From the human T2T-CHM13v2.0 reference genome, Homo sapiens, in the NCBI RefSeq assembly GCF_009914755.1, contig NC_060935.1: a stretch of 64,000 nucleotides of DNA. One strand, 5' to 3'. This document shows, in pieces, positions 1-10,830 of the stretch (its first letter is position 1; every line of letters starts with the position of its first letter). Made by a program: the position numbers and the translations under genes. The notes under the pieces were generated by a model. That model had not been told where the DNA came from, did not search any database, and saw only the letters and a list, made by a program, of their open reading frames with translations.

Positions 1-519
1 GGGCCAGTGAGGGTGCTCCTGGGGTTTAAGAGGCTTGAGTTTGTCCACCCCACGGCCTCTGTCAGGACCCCCCCTTCCCGCCACTATGCTTCTGTCTCCC
101 ACGGTGCCTCCCAGCTCACCCCCACAGGGGCCTGGCGCAGAGCCTCAAACTCAGGATTCTATAGGAGCTGAGGGTTGGGTCTGAGCACCTTGGCGCTTCC
201 CCTGGCCCCACTGACCCATCCTTGTTTCAGCACAGAGCTGGGAGGCCCAGGGAGGATGGCCTCTGCTGACTGGTCCAGCTCCCTCTGTGGTTCCCACCTC
301 TCAGTGTGGGGTGGATCCAAGGGGGAGGGAAGAGAAGGGGATGGGAAGAAAACGATGCCTGTTGGGGCACAGGCTCCTAAACCCAACCTCGTATCGCCTC
401 CTGCGAGTAGCTTCCAGGTGTCCACAGGGAGCCCGGGGTCATGCTGGCATCATTCATTCTCCACGCATCAGATGATCCTGTGGCCCCTCAGTGCCAGGCC
501 CCACTGGCCCTCTGCGCAC

Positions 520-950
520 ATCAGTGACTCTGATGTTCTCCCCCACCGCATGCTGCCAATCTGATGGTGGAGACAGAACAGCAGTCCCGGATGGTAAGGA
601 CGCCCAGTGCCAACCCCCCTTAGCAGGGGAGATGCAGAGGAGGGGGGCCACCCAATCTGGGCATCACAGAAGCCTCCCTGGAAGAGGGGGCATCCGAGCA
701 GAGCCTGAAGGATGAGATACCAGCTAGGGGAAGGGACTGGCTGGGAGGAGAGGCAGGGAGGGGTCTCCAGGCAGAGAGACAGCATGTGCAAGGCTTGAGT
801 GCAGGAGAGACCCTGGTGTGTCGGAGCTGGAGAGGAGTGTGTGGGGGGTCTGGGTGGTGTGGAGCGGGGATGGAGGCCAGGCCAGGGGGTCGGCCAGGCT
901 GAGTGGCTTGGACATTTTACTGAGCACGGTGAGGAACCCCTGCAGGCTTG
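520..950 (-). mobile_element. L2 LINE fragment
   Basis: Degenerate antisense L2 motifs (agcctccctggaagaggggg...ccaggcagagagacagcatgtgcaagg); boundaries approximate. Confidence 0.6.
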
Positions 951-999
951 TGTGCTTGGCTGGCCCCGCCCGGCTGACCACAGCTTCGTGCAGCACAAT

Positions 1000-1180
1000 G
1001 CACATGGCACTGTGTTGGGGTCTCCTATCCAGGGTCTCATTTCACCCTGGTGCTGCCCCTGTGAGGAGGCGTTGTCTCTCCTTCTGCAGTTGAGGAAACT
1101 GAGGCCTAAGAGGCAAGTTCTGTCCAAGGTCATGCAGTAGGTGCTCCCGGAGTCATCCGAATCGCAGTCCAGGGGTCTCT
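1000..1180 (-). mobile_element. MIR SINE
   Basis: Core tgaggaaactgaggcc...tgtccaaggtcatgcag. Confidence 0.7.
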
Positions 1181-1849
1181 CGCCACCCTCCCTGACCCTC
1201 TGGCCATGGCTGCTGCGGGGATGAAACCATCACAGGGGCAAGGCACTTTGAAATGTGAAAGCTCTGTGGTGTCATGATGATAAAAACACAACAGGAAGAA
1301 CGCAACCCATTTTGGTTTTATGAGGCTGAGCTGCCCCTCTGGAACTCCCTCTTATCTGGGGATCTCAAGGCACTGGGAAGGTCCACAGACCACTCCTAGA
1401 AGCACTGGGAGGCAAGCTCAGGCCAGGCAGGAAGTGGCAGGCACTGCTCATTCTCTGCCGTCCCAGTCCTCCTCCCCTCAGAATCGACCCCTCTCCCCAA
1501 GCCAGCTGGTGCGAGAATGGGGAGCTCGGGTCCTCCCCATCCCCAGCAGGTGAGGAACAAAGACCAGCAGCAGCAGGAACGGGACTAAGGACTCCACCAT
1601 CCTGGAGACAGAGAGGGGTGGAGGCATTGGCAGTTCTGCCTGGTTTAGAGTTTTCTGGGTTCAGATCCTGTCTGTCCCTTGAGACTATGAGCTCCTGAAA
1701 GTCATGGACCATGCGTGTCTGAGTCACTGGGGCCTGCTGGGATGAGCACGGCTTGATGGCTGGAGAGGAGGGAGTAGGGTGTGGAAGGCTGAGGGTCAGG
1801 GGGAAGTCACAGGACTGGCTACCCTGTCAAGGCTTCCTAGGGTTTGTTT

Positions 1850-2190
1850 AATGAATAAGGAATTGATGGATGAATTATCCACTAACCGAAGGGTATGAAT
1901 TCCAGACAGATATGTGGAAGGATAAATGGATAAATGAATGTGTGGATGGTCTAAGGGAAGATGGATGAGTGGGTGGATGGATGAAGGGATGGGTGGATGG
2001 ATAAGTGATGAATGAATGCACGGATGATGGATGGATGGATGGATGGATGGAAGGGTGGAAGGATGGATGGAAGGGTGGAAGGATGGATGGAGGGATGAAC
2101 AGATGGAAGGATGGATTGATCAACGATGGATGAATGTGTGGATGTGGATAGATGGATGAATGCATGGACAGATAGATAGTGGATAGATGT
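1850..2190. repeat. (GGAT)n-rich simple repeat
   Basis: Degenerate tggatggatgga tract. Confidence 0.9.
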
Positions 2191-2238
2191 TATAGGGGGT
2201 TGGTAGAAAGTGAAATAAGCACCTGGGTCATCTCAGGC

Positions 2239-2449
2239 ATATGGGCAATGTGAGATGCTTCTAGCAGAGACTATGATGAGGCTCGCTTGGGATATGGGCA
2301 ACATGAGACGCTTCTAGCAGAGACCGTGATGGGGCTCGCTCGGGATATGGGCAATGTGAGACGCTTCTAGCAGAGACTGTGATGGGGCTCGCTTGGGATA
2401 TGGGTAATGTGAGATGCTTCTAGCAGAGACTGTGCTGGGGCTTGCTCGG
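2239..2449. repeat. 53-bp VNTR, 4 copies
   Basis: Unit atatgggcaatgtgagatgcttctagcagagactatgatgaggctcgcttggg starts at 2239, 2292, 2345 and 2398. Confidence 0.95.
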
Positions 2450-2920
2450 CTTCACAGATGGAAACTTGGCATGCGTGGCACAATGCCCATGTCCTCCACC
2501 AACTAGAAGACCAATGGTTTGTCTAGGACCAAGAGACTCGGGTCATTTTCTTGGTTCAGCCTTATCAGCCCCTTGACCATGGCCAGTCTTCTCCCCTCCT
2601 GGCCTTGGTTTCCCGTCTGGATTATGGGGATTTACTGGATGAGATGGGCCTCTATGGTGGAGTGTCCAGGTTTTCCTAGGAGGAGGGGCAGCACCCCCGC
2701 CTCTCTCTTCCGCTCACAGGCCTTCCCTCACTCCATTCCCAGGCTCAGCCAAGGCACCTGCCATGCACCCTCTTTCCCACCATTTTCTAAATGTCTGGGC
2801 ATGAAGCCAGCAGGAGAGATGGGCCCTGGGGAAAGGGAAGCTGGCCCCTGCTGCAGGGTGGGCAGGCTGGGGACCACTGTGGCTGCAGACAGCTGCTCAG
2901 CAGGCCCTTGGCAGGCTCCA

Positions 2921-2940
2921 GCTGAGTCACCCTGAGTCAC
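2921..2940. promoter_or_regulatory. Tandem AP-1 motifs (candidate enhancer element)
   Basis: TGAGTCA at 2923-2929 and 2933-2939; motif match only. Confidence 0.35.
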
Positions 2941-3947
2941 CACTGTCACCTCCTACCACACATTCCTTCATTCATACAGTGTCTACCCCTGAGGCCACCT
3001 CCCTGAAATCTCACTGGGCAGTTGCCAAGGGTGTGGAGGGCACTCAGGCCTGCCTGATGGGCCCCTGGCAGGGAGAGAGGGCTGGGCAAGATGACCTCCG
3101 GGAAGGTGTGGACACCCTCTGGGTCCCTTCCAGCCCGGGAGCCCTCTGACCTCACTGGGCTGGGTTCCCTGCAGATGGGAGGGCTAGGTGCCTGTCTCCT
3201 TGAGGCCCCTTAGCAGTCATTTGGAGGAACACTGGGCCCCTCAGCTCACTAAGATTCACTGGGATGAGGAGAGGAAAGTGACTCACCTGCCCCCCTTGCC
3301 TGTCTCCTCAGCAGCCACACCCAGGCTAGGCTCTCCCGCAGAGGGCCTGTGGCCCCTTTGCAGTGGACCAGGCCAGCTCCGGAGTGGGCAGCCCTGCTCT
3401 GTGTCTGTCCCAGCGCTTCCTTTCTGTAGGGTGTGGGGCAGGCCATGCACGGCTCCAGGCCTCCGTGTCCTCGTCTGTAGTCGGGCTGTCGGCAGGCACC
3501 GCCTCTGGTGACTTGTGTGGGCACCTGGTGCTCCTCTGTCCCTCCTGGGGCCAGGAGTGTCCCACAGCCCTCTGACCTGCAGGGCTCACCTCTGGCAGGT
3601 CCTGAGTCCTGGTGTCAGATGCCACCAGGAACACAATTCTGGGCCTGAGAGGTGAGCCTCTCTCCAACTGGAAGCCTGGGCTACACTAAGAGCTTAGGGA
3701 CCCAGGGTGGTGAACCCTGAGTGCTGGGCTCCCAGGGGTGGGAAGAGAGAGGCCGGGGTGGTAGCCTGGCCCCCACACAGTAGGTGCCAGGTAGGGCAGC
3801 CGCTGGGAGCCTGGCACGGGGCCTGGGGCCAGGCTGGGGCTGGTGGTCTCAGGGTCCATGAGGCCCATACATCAGCCTCTGAATTTGCCATGGCAGGAAC
3901 CTGGGACACAGGAAGCCGGCACCGCTGAGCACCCTGTCCTTTTCATT

Positions 3948-4091
3948 CATTTCCTCTCCCGCTAACCCCAGTCAAGCCTTCTGTGGCAGGCACCGCTCTG
4001 CACTGAGGATTTATGTCAATGAAATTGACTTGGGTCCCTGTCCAAGGGGGTCTGCATTCTATTGAGGGGAGACGGAAGACAGGCAGTAACC
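3948..4091 (+). repeat. Left arm of 144-bp inverted repeat
   Basis: Reverse complement of 5405-5548; ungapped, 4 mismatches by manual comparison. Confidence 0.95.
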
Positions 4092-4380
4092 ATAGTCACA
4101 TGGCCTGGCCTGCTATGGAGGCAATCAGAACCTTGGGAAAGAGAAAGGAGAGTGAGGGAAGAGGGTGCTCTCTGAGAAGGGCTTTGGATGGGATCGGGGG
4201 GGCACGGTGAGCAGGGATGGGGGGTGTCTGGACAGCGCACCCCGCTGTGGAGCAGTAGGGAGGCTGGCAGAGGGGACCAAATCTGGGAAGTGGCTAGATC
4301 CTGCACAATCTCCCATCTCCCAGGGAGGCTGACATGGGACCAGTTTTCTGGGATGGCCCCACGTGCTCTAGTGTATTCTT

Positions 4381-5057
4381 TTTTTTTTTTTTTTTTTTCG
4401 CAGCAGCACCAGAAACATATACACTTTATTGAATGCTATTGTAGAAAAGTGTGTGAAGATAAAGGGCTGATAACAGGACTTGGCTCCGGGGGCAGGGCGA
4501 GGAATGGAAGGTGGAGTACGTGGGATACAGGTCATGGGCAGAGCTCCTGGCCTCAATGATGCCTCCTGATCTATCGATGGGCTTGGATGATCAACACTGG
4601 GATGACGATGAGCAGAATGGTCGTGAGGATGCCCAAAATCAGGGCCCAGATGTTCAGGCACTTGGCGGTGGAGGCATAGGCCTGGGCCCCAGTCAGGTCG
4701 CCAACCATCTTCCTGTCCCTAGACTACACGGAGTAGGCGAATGCCTTGAAGCCCGGGCGGCAGGGGTTCATGAAGAGGGCGTTGAACAGGGACCAGACAA
4801 CATGGTCGGGCACGGAGGTCTCGCTGCGGATGTGGATCACAGTGGATGTCGGGGGAGCAGGGTTGTGGGGTGCCCCCGCACAGCCACGTCGTGTTCCTCC
4901 TTGAGCATCTCATAGTTGGGGGGGCTGGCTGCTGTTGACAGGAGAGAAGAAGGTTTGGACAGTGTGGTTCATGGTGTCCAGCGAAGACCAGTGGTGGTCG
5001 GGTTTCTGGGGTGATTCTCAGTGGGCCCTCCCTTTCCCTAGTAGTTTCGTTTTCTCC
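4381..5057 (-). pseudogene. IFITM9P: Processed IFITM3-type pseudogene (interferon-induced transmembrane protein retrocopy); the symbol IFITM9P is a tentative locus guess
   Basis: Intronless CDS remnant 4972->4571 (MNHTVQTFFSPVNSSQP...[16 protein letters not shown]...[13 protein letters not shown]...LIIQAHR*). +1 C in the run at 4918-4924 gives TGA at 4912-4910; 1-nt deletion near 4878; K83 codon changed to TAG (4726-4724). AATAAA at 4430-4425, poly-A 4381-4398, 16-bp TSD gctctagtgtattctt at 4365-4380 and 5058-5073. The confidence value refers to the family call; the symbol is about 0.55, from memory. Confidence 0.93.
5043..5055 (+). promoter_or_regulatory. ISRE consensus within the retrocopied 5' UTR
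   Basis: AGTTTCGTTTTCT matches AGTTTCNNTTTCY; function untested. Confidence 0.5.
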
Positions 5058-5404
5058 GCTCTAGTGTATTCTTATGGGGCCCCCTTCTCCTCTCAAAGGG
5101 TGAGTTTGTTGGTCCTACCCTTGCAGGACTTTTTAAGGCCTTTGGCTTTCGCTTGAATGGATTAGGGAGCAGGGGAAGGATGGGTCCGACTCAGGCTGCT
5201 GAAAGGATGCTCTGCCTGCCAGGTTGAGAAGGGACTGGGGGATGGGGTTAAGGGTAGATTTATGATCTGTGATCCTAATATCCATTTTCTGATGATGCCC
5301 CTCAGCTCTGGGGACACAGAGGTGGGGCAGACGAGGTCTTCCCCAGAGATTCCCTGATGGGGGAAGGACACACAAAGGCTGATGAGCACCTTTTGATGAG
5401 CACA

Positions 5405-5548
5405 GGTTACTGCCTGCCTTCTGTCTCCCCTCAATAGAATGCAGACCCCCTTGGACAGGGACCCAAGTCAATTTCATTGACATAAATCCTCAGTGCAGAG
5501 TGGTGCCTGCCACAGAAGCCTTGACTGGGGTTAGCGGGAGAGGAAATG
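5405..5548 (-). repeat. Right arm of 144-bp inverted repeat
   Basis: Reverse complement of 3948-4091; the ORF track shows the same peptide start MSMKLTWVPVQGGLHSIEGR on opposite strands. Confidence 0.95.
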
Positions 5549-5559
5549 CAGACTAAGGC

Positions 5560-5900
5560 CCCAGGAGCTTGAGGAGAGAGCAGCCAAGTTGGGGAGGAAA
5601 TCCAGGAAGCCTTCCTGAAGGAAGGGGCATTTGAGGTGAGTCTTGAAGGCTGAGCAGCAGATTCCCCAGGCAGAGAGTCAGAAAGAGGGGAAGGTATTCC
5701 AGGTAGAATGACAGATGGCAAAGGCTCATGTGTAGGAACAAAACACCAACCCCTCCCACTTCATTCATTCATTCATCTACTCATTCATTCTCCACTTACT
5801 TCTTGTATGCACTGTTTACCTGGCACCATGCTGGCCCTAGAGAAATACTGACCCCACTCCTCACCCACTCTGTGGCACTTGTCCAAGGAGGGGGTGGCCA
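5560..5900 (-). mobile_element. L2 fragments
   Basis: ggaagccttcctgaaggaaggggcatttgagg...gtattccaggtaga; a new (TCAT)n L2 tail at 5761. Confidence 0.6.
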
Positions 5901-5999
5901 TGGCCAGGAAGCCATCCTGGTTTAGCAGCCGGGCAAGCATCCCTCCCTCCATGAAACCCTGGATCCCAACAAGGCTACATTTGTTTTGTATTTGAAATT

Positions 6000-6330
6000 C
6001 CACTAATTTTTTCGTGTCTTTGCATTAATGATTCCTCTTTAAACATCAAAGGGACCCGTAGGGCATTTTGACTCCTAACCTTTTTGTACGAGAAGCAGCT
6101 GATCATTATCCCACGGCTCCAATGATAGGCTGCAGTCAGTTCAGATTCCCAAGATTACAAAAGGAAATTCAGCTAATTATAGTTTGATAGAAATTATAGT
6201 TCTGCCGATTCCTGATTGACAGGGTGGGCTGGCATGAATCACTGTGCTCTTTGATAAGATTTTATTAATCTCTCTCAAGAATCTCACAAGTGCCTCATTG
6301 CAGGAGAAATTTCCTTTATGTCTCTCTCCC
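6000..6330. promoter_or_regulatory. Candidate enhancer (AT-rich unique island with TCF/LEF, PBX-MEIS and GATA motifs)
   Basis: ACATCAAAGG 6043-6052, TGATTGACAG 6213-6222, CTTTGAT 6249-6255 overlapping GATAAG. Confidence 0.35.
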
Positions 6331-6389
6331 ATGAAGAACCTGCTCGTATTATCCCCGGAATAAATGGAGGACCTGGAGTATGTGGGTGC

Positions 6390-6898
<509 letters not shown>

Positions 6899-8599
6899 CT
6901 AATATATGTGAGCTGATATAAATAAGCTAAGATCCTGGATAGCTGCAGAACAGTGGGTGTAGTGGGAGAGCTTGAAAGATACCGGTTATTTTATAAGGAA
7001 GCGGTCCTCTTGAAAGTCAAGGACAGCCAGGCCGCAAGCAGAAGCTGCAGAAGACTTCTGCAGTTCCACATAAAACAGAGCTCCACGACGCTCAGGGCAG
7101 AGACAGAGGCAGGATCACATCTAACAGATGGGCAGGTGGAGGCATGGGGAGGCTCTGAGGCGTGTGCATAGTCACACGTGGGTGCAGGAGAGATCTCGAA
7201 TGTTCTTGTTCCCAGCACTGCCCCCGGAGACCTCCCAGTGTGGACCTTGCCCAGAAGGACACACGACCTTTTGAATTATGTTGGCTTGGCAGAAAGCTGG
7301 ACTCTTGGCAGCATGCCCCCAGGGCCTTCTCAGTTCTCATAGATGTTAGTCAATGTGGACACTCTCTCCTTTCTGGAATGCCCCCAATAACAGGTGTTGG
7401 AGACATCGAGGCCCTGAGTAGTAAGGGGCCTGACCCACAGGCACAGAGTTGGGTGCTGCGGGATGGCCAGGAGCTTGGGTCTCCTTCCTTCCCACCACAC
7501 CAGTGGGAGCCGGATGCTGGCAGGTGGCTTGGGGATGCCCCTTCACTTTGCTGCCGGGAAGTTGGCTGCAGAGTCCAGGGCTCATAAAAGCAGCCAGTTG
7601 AGTGAGAATGCACTGGTTCAGAAGCCAGTGGGCCCCTAGCTCCTCACAGTGGGCCCCCTTGGCCAGGCCAACAGGCCATGTCTCCTAGCCAACCTTGGGT
7701 CTGGCCCCCAAAGATTCATTTCTATCCGCAAAGTGCCTGCCCTCCACCTTGTTCAGCAGCCTAAGCCCCAGTGACCATTGGCCACCCGAGATAAGGGCCA
7801 TCCTTGCTCCCTCCATTCCCTAATACTCCTGAGGCCCTGTGCACCTGCCCCACGATGGGGGCTAGAGTCCCCAAGAACAATAAGAACCTAGCTCTTGTCT
7901 TGGGAAACCTGGCAGGATTTCCCAAGTCACCCGAATGCCCAAGCTATTAGAGACTATGTTTGCCCTGAAGAAGAAAGAATCAGGCTGAAAACAGAGCAGG
8001 TAGCAGTGGGGGAGTGAAGACTGAGGTCCTTCCAGGACCACCAATGCCCTCACGTCCTCCCGCTGGGGTCCAGTGTCCCCTCCCCTCCTCCTGTGCAGAA
8101 GCCACCTCCCTGGGCCTTGGTTCCATCCTTTGTGAAGTGCAGTGACCAGTGGTTGCCATGCAGGGGATGCTTGCTGAAGTGTGCCATGGTGCCCAGCACA
8201 ACACAGTGGGCAGAGGGCAGCCCATCAATACCACTCGCTGCCTTTGCTGCTCACGGTGAGTCTTACCTAGGGCAGTGCAGCGCTCCCTCACATCACCCTT
8301 CCTTGGCCCCAACCTCAAAACTTAGGACTTGGTTTCCCCTTCCCACTGTCTTTGATCAGTGCCAAAGGACCAGGCAGGACCAGTGTCAGGAAAGGGGCTG
8401 GGACATGAACGGGCTGCTCATTGAAGGTCACACATTTGCAATTTGATGGAGACAACAGGGTCTTCACGTGCCAAGCAGAGTAGCTCTGTAGCAATTCTGG
8501 GCACCCCAGCAGGTGAGGGCGGGGCTTTGCTGGAAGACAGTGCCAGCTCCCACAGAACCCTAACGAGGTTGAGCAGGAGGGGTCCTCCGTGCTTAGATG

Positions 8600-8720
8600 T
8601 AACACAATACCCTCGTTTTCTGGATGGGGAAACTGAGGCTCAGGGAGCTCGCTTGTCTTCTCTACACCCCAGGGTGTGCTGGGGCAGCCCTGTGCCTGTG
8701 ATTCTGGGGCCCAAGTTAGC
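8600..8720 (-). mobile_element. MIR
   Basis: gatggggaaactgaggctcaggg. Confidence 0.55.
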
Positions 8721-9249
8721 CCCGCAGCCCATGTAGGTGGCAGAACAGCCCAGATGAGCACTGGGGCCAGAGCTGGGGCCAGCTCTCGGGGTTGTGGGGG
8801 GGAAATGCTACAGGTCTTGTGCTAACCACTGAGAGACTCCCAGCCCACCTTTGCTGTTCCTTTCATCCCGGTCCCTTGGGGGGGGGTTCTGGGTCCTGCC
8901 CAACCAGGCCCAGGAGGGTTTGGGACTGGCCAAAGCAGGAGGCAGGATAGGAAGCTTCCTCTGTTCCTCTCATGGGGATCACATGCTCCCCAAATTGTCC
9001 AAGCCATCTTCCTTCTCCCAGCTCAGAGGCCATCTCTTCCAGGAGGTCCACACACATCATCCTGGCCAGGAAGAGGGTCTCCCACACCCTCTGTGCCTTG
9101 GCCGTCGTCCTCTTTATCATGTCTTGTGGATTCGTTATTTTAATCAGTTATTGGCCAAACAAACCCCTCTCACACCCGAGTGCACAGCTCGTGCCAACAG
9201 CACTGCAAAGCATGTGATGTCCCCACCCCTTCCACACGGCATTCAACAC

Positions 9250-9820
9250 CTGACCACTCCCTGCCACAGCCCCAGTCCTCTCTGGTCCAAGCTGCCCTGG
9301 CTTCCTGCAGGGGCATCTCCATGGCCCTCGATCTGTTAACATCTGAGCCTCGACCCTGCCCTTCCTCTGCTCACCCTCCAAGGGTTCATCTCAGAGGAGG
9401 CAGCAAAGTCCTCTGCAGGCCTGCCCCTCCAACCTCATCTTGCCTCTCCCGACCCTGTTCCTCCACTCCAGCCGCTATGGCATCCCTGCAGCTGCTCATA
9501 CTTTTGGGGCAGCTGATACCCCAGGCCTTTGCCCTGGCTGGGCCCTCTGCCTGTGACGCTCTTTCCCAGACACCCATGTGATTTGCTTCCTCCTCTTCTT
9601 CAAGTCTTTGCTCAAATGAAGGCCTGCACAATGAGCCTTCCCTGGCCCCCTATTTATAGTTGCCTCTCCCAATATTTTGGAGCACTTGGCACCATCTGAC
9701 ATGCTGGGCCTCTGTCCGTGAGCAGGCCAGCTTCTGGGTGGCAGGGATTTGGGCTGTGCATTCCCTGCTCTCACACCACTCCTACAACCATGCCTGGCAC
9801 GTCATAGGAATGCCAACAAG
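9250..9820 (+). mobile_element. L2 3' region
   Basis: ccaggcctttgccctggctg...ctcaaatg...tgcctggcac. Confidence 0.65.
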
Positions 9821-10079
9821 CCATGTAGGGTGAAGGCGGGAGTAGCCCTGTGGGCTGGGTCATGCGGTCTCCTACATTGTATATGTGCAGAAGCTGCAGC
9901 CACGAGGCCTGCTTGAGGTTGCCTGGCTCTTGCTCCTGCGGGTCTGAACCCAGCTAGATGTGACTGTAAGTCCCAGCTTTCCAAAGGCTCCCACTGCCTT
10001 CCGTGCACAGTGTGCCACCTAGCACGGGAAGTGGAGCCCGCCAGGCAGCACCTGGGATACGGGCTGCTCCAGGGATGCC

Positions 10080-10830
10080 CTGGGAGGAGGGGATGGGGAT
10101 GCATCCCAGGGAAGAGGTTCCTGGGCTATGACGGGGGTGCAACTCAGCTTCCCCTGGGGTCGGGGAGTGGGAAGACCATTCTGAGAGTGGGAACAGCTCT
10201 TGCAAACATGGCCGACATGCAGGTTGGGGCAGATTTGGTGATGAGTGCCTTGGGCCTGATTGGAGGTCCCGTGGGGGTGGGTGGCTGTGGGGCCCCCAGG
10301 CAGGGCCTGAAGCAGGCGGAGGGGGTGAGTGGGGGGTTCTGATGGGCCACTGGGAGTGGCCTGAAGTGCACTGGAGCAGGAGGTGGCATTGTCCGGATCC
10401 TGTTTGAAAGACCCCTTTTCTGATAGAAGGAGGGCAGATTGCCGGGTGAGTCAGGGGTGGTGGCAGCTATCTGGGCAGAGGCTAGTGTGGGGTGGGAGGC
10501 GTGAGGCAGATGTGAGAGCTCAAGGAGGGAGACTACATGCAGCTCAGTGACCTGGGTCTCAATGTGTTCCCAGGTTTGCAGCTGGGGCAACTGGAAGCAG
10601 GAGAGGGACCTGGAGAAAGGAAGGCAAAGAGGTGGGTTCCTTTTGGGGCACACTGAGGTTGAGCTGCTTAAGAGACTCCCACGGGTGAGGCAGAAGCCTT
10701 GAGCTGCTGGGTTAGCAGCTCCGGGCTCAGGGGAGATCTTGGCCAGAGAAAAATTCTGGGGGTCCTAGTATTCACATAGTGACTTCAGCATGGAGGGGGC
10801 AAGGTCCCTCCAGAAGCAGGTGTCTGGAGG
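10080..10830 (-). mobile_element. L2 fragment
   Basis: Antisense L2 motifs (ttttggggcacactgaggttgagctgct...ctcaggggagatc). Confidence 0.5.

Larger units (their letters stand above)
3941..5245 (-). mobile_element. Old L2 element interrupted by the IFITM retrocopy
   Basis: Starts with L2 tail tttcattcat, L2-like to about 4250, and resumes collinearly at about 5120-5245 (gaaaggatgctctgcctgccaggttgagaagggactgg). Confidence 0.5.

Noticed and set aside
468-1133. 221-aa minus-strand ORF and other 100-200 aa GC-rich ORFs
   Set aside because: They overlap L2/MIR remnants, have no recognisable domain, and are expected by chance at this GC content
2239-2449. Regularly spaced repeats resembling a CRISPR array
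   Set aside because: Contiguous tandem units without unique spacers, in eukaryotic DNA; it is a VNTR
4511-4915. 134-aa + strand ORF over the pseudogene
   Set aside because: Antisense shadow of the GC-rich IFITM coding frame; no independent coding evidence
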